NCBI GenBank assembly: GCA_018645005.1
Contig: JABGPJ010000083.1
Location: 585 to 64,584, forward strand
From: Deltaproteobacteria bacterium
GTDB taxonomy: Bacteria; SAR324; XYD2-FULL-50-16
Length of the DNA: 64,000 nt
Direction of reading: 5' to 3'
The notes below the pieces were generated by a model. The model made no database searches, was not told where the DNA came from, and saw nothing but the letters and a program-made list of their open reading frames with translations. Made by a program: the position numbers and the translations under genes. This document shows, piece by piece, positions 37,622 through 46,164 of the stretch (position 1 is the stretch's first letter; the number at the start of each line of letters is the position of its first letter).

Positions 37622-38940
37622 AAAAGGCGTTTATACAAACATACGGCTGCCAGATGAACGAGCATGACAGTCGCAGAATGGAAACTATCTTGATCCGAGA
37701 AGGCTATGTCATATCAAATGAAATGCGGCATGCCGACCTGATTTTGATTAACACCTGTTCTGTGAGAAAAAATCCGGAGAACAAAGTGTACAGCCTATTG
37801 GGGAGATTGTCCCGGATTAAAAAAAGGAAAGAAGGATTAATTATTGGGGTTGCGGGGTGTGTCGCTCAACAGGAGGGAGAAAAAATTCTCAAACGGGAAA
37901 AGACGGTTGATCTGATTTTTGGGCCAGACAGCATTTTCTTACTCCCCAAAATGTTGGCAGAAGTAGAGGCTGGACGTCGGGTGGTCAATACCGATTGGAT
38001 GCCCCGTGAAAAAAAAATACAGAACTTTATACCACATGAGGAGATTGAAACCGGGCAAGTAGATTGCGCCAAAGCCATGATCGCCATCACTAAGGGTTGT
38101 AATAATTACTGTTCGTTCTGTATTGTTCCCACAACCAGAGGACGCCTTGTCAGCAGGGAAAAAGAGAATATACTCAGCGAGGCGAAAGATCTGATTAATA
38201 AGGGAGCTAAGGAAATTCAGTTGCTGGGGCAGAACGTCAACGCTTATAAAGCTGGAGATACAGGGTTTTATGAGCTTTTAAAAGCAATGTCTGAACTGAA
38301 AGATCTCCGACGTCTGCGATTTATCTCACCGCATCCGAATGACTGGAATAATCGCTTGTCTGATTTGATGAGCAGTCAGCGGGTCATCTGCAATCAAATC
38401 CACCTGCCTTTTCAAGTAGGCTCTGATAGAATTCTGTCGCTGATGAGAAGGGGACACACTGCCGGGGAATATCTTGAAAAAATTCAATATCTAAGACAGG
38501 TTGTTCCAGATATCGCTATCAGTACTGACGTCATTGTGGGTTTTCCGGGTGAGACCGAAGCAGAATTCGAAGAAACGTTGAAGGTTATTGAGACGGTTCG
38601 GTTCAATCCTGTCTATGCATTTGTGTACTCCGAAAGACCAGGTACCCGTGCCGCCGCACTGGACGATGATATCCCACAACAGGTCAAGGATGAAAGGCTG
38701 CAACAGTTGCTGAAGGTTCAGAATTCGATTCAATCCGAGCTGCTTGACGATCTGGTAGGGTCTTCTCAGGAAATTCTTATTGATGGGGCTCATCCCAGAG
38801 AAAGGCGGGCAATGACTGGCCGTAGCGGTGGGAACACGCCTTATATGATCCCCGATTGCGATCTGGAAATTGGAGATATGGTATCAGTGAAAACGTGCGG
38901 ACGAAAAACACACTCACTTATAGGAGAGTTGACCAGGTGA
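37618..38940 (+). CDS. miaB: tRNA-2-methylthio-N6-dimethylallyladenosine synthase
   Basis: 440 aa with the UPF0004 N-terminus ([17 protein letters not shown]), radical-SAM motif [11 protein letters not shown] and a TRAM-like C-terminus. It overlaps ruvB by 4 nt. Confidence 0.93.
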   Translation: MKKAFIQTYGCQMNEHDSRRMETILIREGYVISNEMRHADLILINTCSVRKNPENKVYSLLGRLSRIKKRKEGLIIGVAGCVAQQEGEKILKREKTVDLIFGPDSIFLLPKMLAEVEAGRRVVNTDWMPREKKIQNFIPHEEIETGQVDCAKAMIAITKGCNNYCSFCIVPTTRGRLVSREKENILSEAKDLINKGAKEIQLLGQNVNAYKAGDTGFYELLKAMSELKDLRRLRFISPHPNDWNNRLSDLMSSQRVICNQIHLPFQVGSDRILSLMRRGHTAGEYLEKIQYLRQVVPDIAISTDVIVGFPGETEAEFEETLKVIETVRFNPVYAFVYSERPGTRAAALDDDIPQQVKDERLQQLLKVQNSIQSELLDDLVGSSQEILIDGAHPRERRAMTGRSGGNTPYMIPDCDLEIGDMVSVKTCGRKTHSLIGELTR

Positions 38941-38947
38941 TGAGCCT

Positions 38948-39367
38948 TTATTCACCAATTATTTTGACTAAGACCCGTTTTTTTCTGCGACCATCAAACT
39001 CTCCATAAAATATCTGTTCCCAGGTCCCAAAATCCAGTATTCCATCAGTTATCGCGACCACTACCTCACGGCCCATCACCTGCCTCTTGAGGTGGGCGTC
39101 TCCATTATCCTCCCCGGTATCATTATGACGGTATTGAGAGATAGGTGCATGGGGTGCCAGGCGTTCAAGCCATTTTTCATAGTCCTGATGCAAGCCGTAT
39201 TCATCATCATTGATAAAGACCGAGGCGGTAATATGCATGGCGTTGACTAATAGCAATCCCTCGTTTATGCCACTTTGCTGAAGACAATCTGAAATTTCCG
39301 GCGTGATGTTGATAAATGCTCTGCGGTCCGGGATGTTGAACCACAATTCTTTACGATAACTTTTCAT
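38948..39367 (-). CDS. yjbQ: YjbQ/UPF0047-family protein (secondary thiamine-phosphate synthase-like)
   Basis: 139 aa with [12 protein letters not shown] and GDAHLK motifs typical of the family. Confidence 0.85.
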   Translation of the reverse strand: MKSYRKELWFNIPDRRAFINITPEISDCLQQSGINEGLLLVNAMHITASVFINDDEYGLHQDYEKWLERLAPHAPISQYRHNDTGEDNGDAHLKRQVMGREVVVAITDGILDFGTWEQIFYGEFDGRRKKRVLVKIIGE

Positions 39368-39377
39368 TTTGAGCCTG

Positions 39378-40643
39378 CTATTTTTTCCGAATAAGTGGTA
39401 TACGAATGGCGGAAATAGTTTTTATAAACCCGGCACGTTGAAAATCTCGTTCTTTCAAAATCAGGATATTCTGCAAATTCAGATAGTCATCTATTCTTGA
39501 GAACGCCAGGCTGCAGAACCTGAGAGCGTGTTCCCGCATACTCGTTCGTTTCTTGTGGCTTTTAACAACTAAAGAGTGTTCGCCAAACAGCCGTGCAAGA
39601 AGGATGTGGGTTTTAATGTCTAATGGATCGATATGCGTAATTTCCAACAATTCTCTGATGATTTCAATTTTGGGTGTTTTATCTTTAAGCTTAACCATCA
39701 ACTTTCGTTTTCTGTATCGGCACTCCAGTCGGTTGATATCAATCTTTATTAGCTTCAAGTAAGCCTCACGCAGGACCACTTTGGTCTTACCATGATGCAG
39801 CTGCGTTTCCGTGGGGTCAAAGTCGGGTGTTGTAAAATTGAAACTCCCTTTTCCTATACTCAAAACGTAGTTTTCGACAGAATACCGTGCCTCCCGTGTC
39901 GCCAGTAGCTTGGCCAGGTATGTGCGATATATCTGCGTGATGACAATTTCGTCAGGGTAACTGCAATAAACATCATAAATATACGGCCAGGTTTTGGCAA
40001 TCTCACGGGCATTTTCAGTAAAGTTTTTTTTCGATTCTTTCAGTGTTTCGTTGGCCAGCTTCACATCCATCAAAGTGATCGGGTTATTGACATTCTGAAA
40101 TTTTGCAATGACCTTCTGAGCATTTTGTATCGAAGGCATTGTTTTCAATGCGTTATCATACCAATTTTCAGCAGACTGGCATATTTCAGTAACTTTATTC
40201 AACACCGTTTCATCAAATTGCTGGGGGAGGTTGAACTTGGAAACATAAACTGGACTTTTTGGAACAATGGAATTATTGAAAATTTGCTCTATCTTTTCAG
40301 GTTCTTGAAAAATAGGCGGTTCAAGTTCGTCTAATGCGTTTAAAAAATCTTTTCCAGTCTTATAAGAGAAAAAATTCTTCTGTTTCTGCATATTTGCGAA
40401 GATAACCTGTAACAAATCTTCGGGCAAATCGAAAATTTCCTTTGACTCGCTGGTATTCCGTTCATCAATGAGTTCAAGCACAATGAAATGAAAGCCGTCC
40501 AGAATTGCAGTTGTTTCTTTAGCATATTGCTTCGAGTAGTCCACCATGCTTTTTTCACGGTCTGCGTGAGAAAGTGGAAACAATAAGGCAATAAGTTCTT
40601 TCCCTTTTTCAGATGGATGGTAGGATTTTAAATGAGTTGGCAT
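39378..40643 (-). CDS. hypothetical protein (orphan, 421 aa)
   Basis: Long uninterrupted ORF 10 nt upstream of yjbQ on the same strand. It looks helix-rich and K/E-rich. No motif recognised. Confidence 0.6.
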   Translation of the reverse strand: MPTHLKSYHPSEKGKELIALLFPLSHADREKSMVDYSKQYAKETTAILDGFHFIVLELIDERNTSESKEIFDLPEDLLQVIFANMQKQKNFFSYKTGKDFLNALDELEPPIFQEPEKIEQIFNNSIVPKSPVYVSKFNLPQQFDETVLNKVTEICQSAENWYDNALKTMPSIQNAQKVIAKFQNVNNPITLMDVKLANETLKESKKNFTENAREIAKTWPYIYDVYCSYPDEIVITQIYRTYLAKLLATREARYSVENYVLSIGKGSFNFTTPDFDPTETQLHHGKTKVVLREAYLKLIKIDINRLECRYRKRKLMVKLKDKTPKIEIIRELLEITHIDPLDIKTHILLARLFGEHSLVVKSHKKRTSMREHALRFCSLAFSRIDDYLNLQNILILKERDFQRAGFIKTISAIRIPLIRKK

Positions 40644-41109
40644 AGGATTTTAAGAATCATTCCTGGATATTTTGTAAAACCATGGTGATCTTATAAGTGA
40701 TTTGGATTTACAGTTAAGTCTAAAAATGTTGTCATAAACATTACATACAGGGAGGTTTATCAATCGGTCATTGATAGAAATCGTGAAGAACTTCAAGAAA
40801 CAGTGGTAATCGCGCTGAAAAGAAACAACTGACTGATGTTGACCAGATCTTCAGACAGCATTGCACCCCCCGCCTGATGCTGATAGATACAACGGGAGTT
40901 AGAAGGAGATAGAATACGCATATCGCTTATAGATCTTGATACCAATTAAAGTAAAATAGTCACTTATTTCTAACAGGTAAAAGCAAAAAACTGAAGAACT
41001 TTTTTAGTATCCAGTTGGCTTTCATTGGTGGATTATCTAAATTTAAAATGGATCTTAAGTTCGACTTTTTGCCCTCTCAACAATTTCATAAATTCAGACA
41101 GCAAACAGC

Positions 41110-41613
41110 ATGGAAAATGTCAGAAACAAAATCTTTAACAATGCTCTTGCTCTGGCTACGATAGTCCAACAACGAAAAGCACAAGGACACAAAGTCGTGT
41201 TCACTAACGGATGTTTTGATCTGATTCACACTGGACATACACGCTATCTCGAACAAGCACGAGTTGCAGGAGATTGCCTTATTATCGGTGTCAACAGCGA
41301 TGAATCGGTCAGCAGGCTCAAGGGAGACAAACGACCCATTGTCACTCTGGAAGAGAGGATGGAAGTGCTGGCTGGTCTCTATTTTGTTGATTATCTCATT
41401 TCTTTCAATGAAATGGATCCTTACAATCTCATTAAAATTCTACGTCCATCCACACTGGTGAAAGGAGGAGATTGGACGGTAGACGATATTATCGGTAAGG
41501 ATATTATTGAAACGGATGGTGGATCCGTGTTTACAATACCTGAAATTCCCGGACAGTCAACGACGGGAATAATTAATAGAATTATTGATCTATATAAACC
41601 GACAACAACCTAA
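41110..41613 (+). CDS. hldC: D-glycero-beta-D-manno-heptose 1-phosphate adenylyltransferase (stand-alone RfaE domain II)
   Basis: 167 aa. VVFTNGCFDLIHTGHTRYLEQAR, VNSD.S..RLKG..RP and LVKGGD are collinear with the C-terminal half of E. coli HldE. Confidence 0.88.
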   Translation: MENVRNKIFNNALALATIVQQRKAQGHKVVFTNGCFDLIHTGHTRYLEQARVAGDCLIIGVNSDESVSRLKGDKRPIVTLEERMEVLAGLYFVDYLISFNEMDPYNLIKILRPSTLVKGGDWTVDDIIGKDIIETDGGSVFTIPEIPGQSTTGIINRIIDLYKPTTT

Positions 41614-41615
41614 AA

Positions 41616-42719
41616 ATGTTTGATAGAAGACTACTTGAAGACTTCGATTGGATACTCTTGCTGACCGTCGTTACTATCTCCATAATCGGATTAATATCCA
41701 TTTACTCTGCGTCGTATAGCTATGGCACTGAAACGCCGTATTTTCAAAAGCAGATCATCTGGTTTTGTGTCAGTCTGGTGACTATGGCGATAGTTACCAT
41801 GATCGATTACCGGTTTCTGGAAAGGCTTTCGCCCCTGCTACATCTGTTCATGATCATCTTGCTACTCGTTGTGTTGATGTACGGAATCGGAGGCCCTGGA
41901 AGTCGTGTGAACAGATGGATCAAGTTAGGTCCTCTTTTTTTTCAACCCTCTGAATTTGTAAAATATACACTGGTTCTATTTTTCGCTTATTATTTTAATG
42001 AGTCCAGGCGGATTGGGAATCTGGGTGTTAAAGAACTGATCTGGCCGCTGGTGGCCACACTGGTTCCCTTTGCGTTGATTCTAAAGCAACCTGCTTACGG
42101 AACGGCTATTTTACTTATATTTATGTTTATTACGATCATTTTTCTCGCGGGAATTCGCTTAAAAATCATTCTTTTTACGACAATTCTTGGATTTATTTCT
42201 GTGCCCTTTGCCTGGATATTTTTTTTAAAACAATATCACAGGGACCGTATTCAGATTTTTTTTAATCCTGAACTGGACCCGCTGGGAAAAGGGTACCAGA
42301 TCATTCAATCAAAAATATCTGTTGGGAGTGGCCAATTTTGGGGAAAAGGGTATCTGAATGGTACCCAGGCGCGCCTCAACTTTTTGCCTGCTCGGCATAC
42401 AGACTTTATTTTTTCAGTATTTACAGAAGAGTGGGGTTTTTTCGGGGGTGTGGTACTGGTGGGTTTATACCTCTTTTTGATCTTATGGTGCTTGCGTCAC
42501 ATTGGTAAAACAAAGGATAGATCAGGAACAATCCTGACACTGGGAATTACGTCAATCCTGGCATTCCAGATTGTAATTAATATTGGGATGGTGCTCGGTC
42601 TATTACCGATAATGGGTATGCCGTTACCATTTATGAGTTACGGTGGATCTGCGCTGCTTTCGCAAATGATCGGAATCGGTCTGATCCTCAATGTCCGTAT
42701 GAGACGCTATGATATATGA
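41616..42719 (+). CDS. rodA: SEDS-family peptidoglycan polymerase RodA
   Basis: 367-aa polytopic ORF with QPSEF.K, HTDFIF and PFMSYGGS motifs of the FtsW/RodA/SpoVE family. Confidence 0.88.
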   Translation: MFDRRLLEDFDWILLLTVVTISIIGLISIYSASYSYGTETPYFQKQIIWFCVSLVTMAIVTMIDYRFLERLSPLLHLFMIILLLVVLMYGIGGPGSRVNRWIKLGPLFFQPSEFVKYTLVLFFAYYFNESRRIGNLGVKELIWPLVATLVPFALILKQPAYGTAILLIFMFITIIFLAGIRLKIILFTTILGFISVPFAWIFFLKQYHRDRIQIFFNPELDPLGKGYQIIQSKISVGSGQFWGKGYLNGTQARLNFLPARHTDFIFSVFTEEWGFFGGVVLVGLYLFLILWCLRHIGKTKDRSGTILTLGITSILAFQIVINIGMVLGLLPIMGMPLPFMSYGGSALLSQMIGIGLILNVRMRRYDI

Positions 42720-42722
42720 CCA

Positions 42723-44186
42723 TTAGCCCCAGTGTGTCCTGCGTTCTCGCGCCTTTTCATAGACCATTTCATATTCAATGATTGCCTTTCCCCAGGAAAA
42801 ATCCTTACCCATTGCCTGGGCCTGCATAGTTGAATAAAGCTCTTTGTCGTTATACCACGTATTCAGTGCCCAACCGATTGTATTTTCAAGAGCTTTGCCA
42901 CTGATATCATTGAATACGAAACCTGTTCCGGTACCTCTTTTTAGGCTGAGGTTTTCTACAGTATCGATCAGACCACCTACCGCTCTCACAATTGGTAGTG
43001 TTCCGTAGCGCATACTATACATCTGGTTTAGCCCGCAAGGTTCATAAAGAGACGGCATGATAAAAAAATCGGCTCCAGCTTCGATTAAATGCGCTAAATC
43101 GGGATTAAAACCAATATATGTACCAACCTTATTTTGATGTAATTTTGGTAAATTACCAAACAGTTCAGCGTAATACGGATCTCCATTCCCTAGAACAACC
43201 AATTGCAATTCCCATTCAAGGACCGTATCGAGGCAATCCCTCAATAATGACACGCCTTTTTGGTCCACCAATCGTCCAATGAAGGCAAATAAAGGTATTG
43301 TTTCATCAACCGGTAACGAAAATTTTTCTTGCAGTTTCGATTTACAAACTTTTTTACCGCTTAATTCATTTTTACTAAAATTTTCAGGAATGATAGTATC
43401 GATTTCAGGATCCCATTCTAATAGATCAATGCCATTTAGAATTCCGGTAATATCCTTTTTTCTTCTCTTCAGGTATTTACTAAGCCCGCTTCCTCCAGGT
43501 TCACTCAAGATCTCATGGGCGTAGGAAGGACTAACGGTTGTAATCTGATCTGCATAAAAAATACCCCCTTTGAGTAGATTGAGGCCCCCCATGGATTCGA
43601 ATTCTTCTTCTCTAACCTGCATCCAGTTTAGTCCAATAAAACTGCTGAATGAGAGATCGGTCTGACCCTGGTATCCAAGATTATGAATGGTCAAAACCGA
43701 GGCCGTGTTTTTAAAAAATGAATTTCCCCACCAGGTTTTCAAATAGTAGCAGACCATGGCTGTCTGCCAATCGTTGGCATGCACAACGTCTGGTCTGAAA
43801 TCAAGTTGCTTTGTCAGTTCAAGAGCTGCCTTGGAAAAAAAGGCAAACCGTTTCCCGTTGTCGAGATAGGCCGAATTGTTATCTCCATAGATCGAACTGC
43901 GGGAGAAATAATGATTGAATTCAATAAAATAAACATCATAGGGTTCTGATGTTTCAAGCTGCCAGACCCGACTGCTAAGGGTGGTGTTTCCCATGGTCAC
44001 GTTCATCAACGGTATCAGCTCTTTCAGTTGAAACTTCGACCGTTCGATTGAACTGTAGAGTGGTAGAACCAGTTTAACGGTATGATCTCTGATCGACAAT
44101 TCATGGGGCAGAATCCCCACAACATCACCCAGGCCGCCGGTTTTGACATATGGCACGGCTTCCGAGGAAGCGATTAAAATCTTCAT
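42723..44186 (-). CDS. glgA: glycogen synthase (ADP-glucose type)
   Basis: 487 aa with N-terminal MKILIASSEAVPYVKTGGLGDVVG, HANDWQT and C-terminal PSLYEPCGL.QMY..RYGT.P motifs. Confidence 0.93.
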   Translation of the reverse strand: MKILIASSEAVPYVKTGGLGDVVGILPHELSIRDHTVKLVLPLYSSIERSKFQLKELIPLMNVTMGNTTLSSRVWQLETSEPYDVYFIEFNHYFSRSSIYGDNNSAYLDNGKRFAFFSKAALELTKQLDFRPDVVHANDWQTAMVCYYLKTWWGNSFFKNTASVLTIHNLGYQGQTDLSFSSFIGLNWMQVREEEFESMGGLNLLKGGIFYADQITTVSPSYAHEILSEPGGSGLSKYLKRRKKDITGILNGIDLLEWDPEIDTIIPENFSKNELSGKKVCKSKLQEKFSLPVDETIPLFAFIGRLVDQKGVSLLRDCLDTVLEWELQLVVLGNGDPYYAELFGNLPKLHQNKVGTYIGFNPDLAHLIEAGADFFIMPSLYEPCGLNQMYSMRYGTLPIVRAVGGLIDTVENLSLKRGTGTGFVFNDISGKALENTIGWALNTWYNDKELYSTMQAQAMGKDFSWGKAIIEYEMVYEKARERRTHWG

Positions 44187-44755
44187 GAATTGTGTTTGGT
44201 CTCTAAAGACTGGCTGATTTTGTTTTCTATTTCCTGAGGATTGATCTTCCTGATGGCTTCAATCAGAATCTGGAGATCTGAGCGCCCCTGCCTTTGTTTT
44301 TGAGTGGCTTGCACCATTTCCATAATTTTTTCTTTTGAATACTGCTCTTGAGCTTGTGCTCGATTCGCTTTGATTGCTTTTTTTCTTTTTCTGATTTCTC
44401 GTTGTCGTCTGATTTCTTCAGGGTCGGGAGAAGAGAATTCGGCAAGAACTTGCTTTGCGATAAACTCTTTTTCAAAATCATTGATCAATTTGTTTTTGAT
44501 AACCTGCTGACTATCATCATAGGTATACGAACCGTTCAGATCGGTCTGCGAGAGTAGATAGTCACGAAAATCATCCCATAGATAATATTCTTTAACCTGT
44601 CGGGCGATGGATATCAGATGTTTTTGATATTTATCATAAAGCAGATGTTTAAGTTCATTGGCAGAGGGATCTGAGTGACGAATGACCTTCAGCAGTTTAT
44701 GCAGTTGAGAAGCCAGTGAATTGATATCATCCTGATATTTTGATAGTGATGTCAT
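44183..44755 (-). CDS. hypothetical protein translationally coupled to glgA
   Basis: 190-aa ORF whose stop overlaps the glgA ATG (4-nt overlap). It has a basic stretch RRQREIRKRKKAIKANRAQ. No family recognised. Confidence 0.55.
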   Translation of the reverse strand: MTSLSKYQDDINSLASQLHKLLKVIRHSDPSANELKHLLYDKYQKHLISIARQVKEYYLWDDFRDYLLSQTDLNGSYTYDDSQQVIKNKLINDFEKEFIAKQVLAEFSSPDPEEIRRQREIRKRKKAIKANRAQAQEQYSKEKIMEMVQATQKQRQGRSDLQILIEAIRKINPQEIENKISQSLETKHNS

Positions 44756-45158
44756 TGAAAATTGTTCGGACTTTTATCGATCCTTTGATTGGGAAACCGG
44801 ATGAAAATAAACGATCCTATATAGCTATGCAAACGCAAAGCCTTATTTTATAAAGATTGGATTAATAAATCACCATGTTTATTTAAATGATTTGATTGAC
44901 ACCGTCTAGCTCCAAAATTCATACCAGCCGGTTCTAGTCCTGAGAAGCAGCCTTTGAAATCAAGGAATAAATAAAGCAAAAAATTCATTAGATTAAATAA
45001 TTATCTTCTTTTTTTTTCTTTGAGAATAGCTTATTCTGGGCACAGAATTTAGCGGAGTTCCGGTCTTGATGAAACGCTTTTTCCCCACATGATCTATTTG
45101 TTTCGTTTTTGAAAAATAATTGCGATAGATCTTCTGTAAACAACAAACAGGTGCCAGA

Positions 45159-45959
45159 TTGGAAGTTCCTTCAAACGGTTCAATATACGCTTATTTGAAA
45201 AAATCCCTCTCAAACACGTTTCGTAAAACAGAAAAAATCAAGAAATTTTCGGAAGAGTTCGATCTGATTAATAATCTCGATGATTATTTCACCAAAACTA
45301 TCCGTGAAGTAATGGTCCCCAGAACCGATATGATCACTGTCGATCGGACTCAAAATGTAGCGGACGCCATAGATTTGATCCATACTACCAGCCATACACG
45401 AATTCCAATTGAAGACCAGAATCCCGACAATATCGTAGGAGTCCTGTATGCAATTGATCTTTTCAAATATTTTGGTGTTTCAGAAAATATTCCCCCGATC
45501 TCTCAAATCATGCGCAAACCGTTTTTTGCCTCTTATAGTCAGCAAATACACCATCTGCTATCCAATTTTAAAAAAAATCGAACTCACATGGCCATTGTGA
45601 TTGATGAGCATGGGGGAGTGGATGGACTTGTCACAATTGAGGATGTCATTGAGGAGCTGGTGGGTGAAATCCCGGATGAGTTCGATAAGGATAACGATCC
45701 TTCCTATTCGCACCTTGGGAAAAATCTTCTTTCAGTTGATGCCAATTTCCCTCTGGGACAATTTAACGAACTGTTTCAAACGGACTATCAAAAAGAGGGA
45801 ATTGAAACCATCGGCGGATACATTTGCCATAATGCTGGAAAAATCCCCGAGAAAGGGGAAAAGCTCAAGTTAGGGGATATAGAATTTACGATTCAGGAGA
45901 GCAATGAGAGAAAACTTGAAAAGTTGACCGTCTTAGCCCCGGAAAATCTGAAAGATTAA
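45159..45959 (+). CDS. corC: CorC/TlyC-type CBS-pair + CorC_HlyC domain protein (no DUF21 membrane domain)
   Basis: 266 aa with the VREVMVPRTDMITV start of the CBS pair, the A.V.DE.GG..G.VT.ED..EE.VGEI motif and a C-terminal transporter-associated domain. TTG start. Confidence 0.85.
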   Translation: MEVPSNGSIYAYLKKSLSNTFRKTEKIKKFSEEFDLINNLDDYFTKTIREVMVPRTDMITVDRTQNVADAIDLIHTTSHTRIPIEDQNPDNIVGVLYAIDLFKYFGVSENIPPISQIMRKPFFASYSQQIHHLLSNFKKNRTHMAIVIDEHGGVDGLVTIEDVIEELVGEIPDEFDKDNDPSYSHLGKNLLSVDANFPLGQFNELFQTDYQKEGIETIGGYICHNAGKIPEKGEKLKLGDIEFTIQESNERKLEKLTVLAPENLKD

Positions 45960-46164
45960 ATTCACACATGCATCGTATGCAAACTGATAGAAGCATTGCT
46001 TAAGATTGATCGTCATTCGCTTTTTTTGTGCATCTAAGCATACGGTTCGGCCTACCTGTGACGAAATTCACTCAACATACAAACATCTCCAAACATTCAA
46101 CGTGCTTATTCTAATGAGAATGAACAGATTCGTATTTAACCTCTTGTGGATAGGCAGATTCCAA

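Noticed and set aside
44756-45158. Mg2+ (M-box) or other riboswitch upstream of the corC-like gene
   Set aside because: None of the conserved M-box helices or sequence blocks are visible. The only hairpin is a short AT-rich one (AGAATA-GCT-TATTCT).
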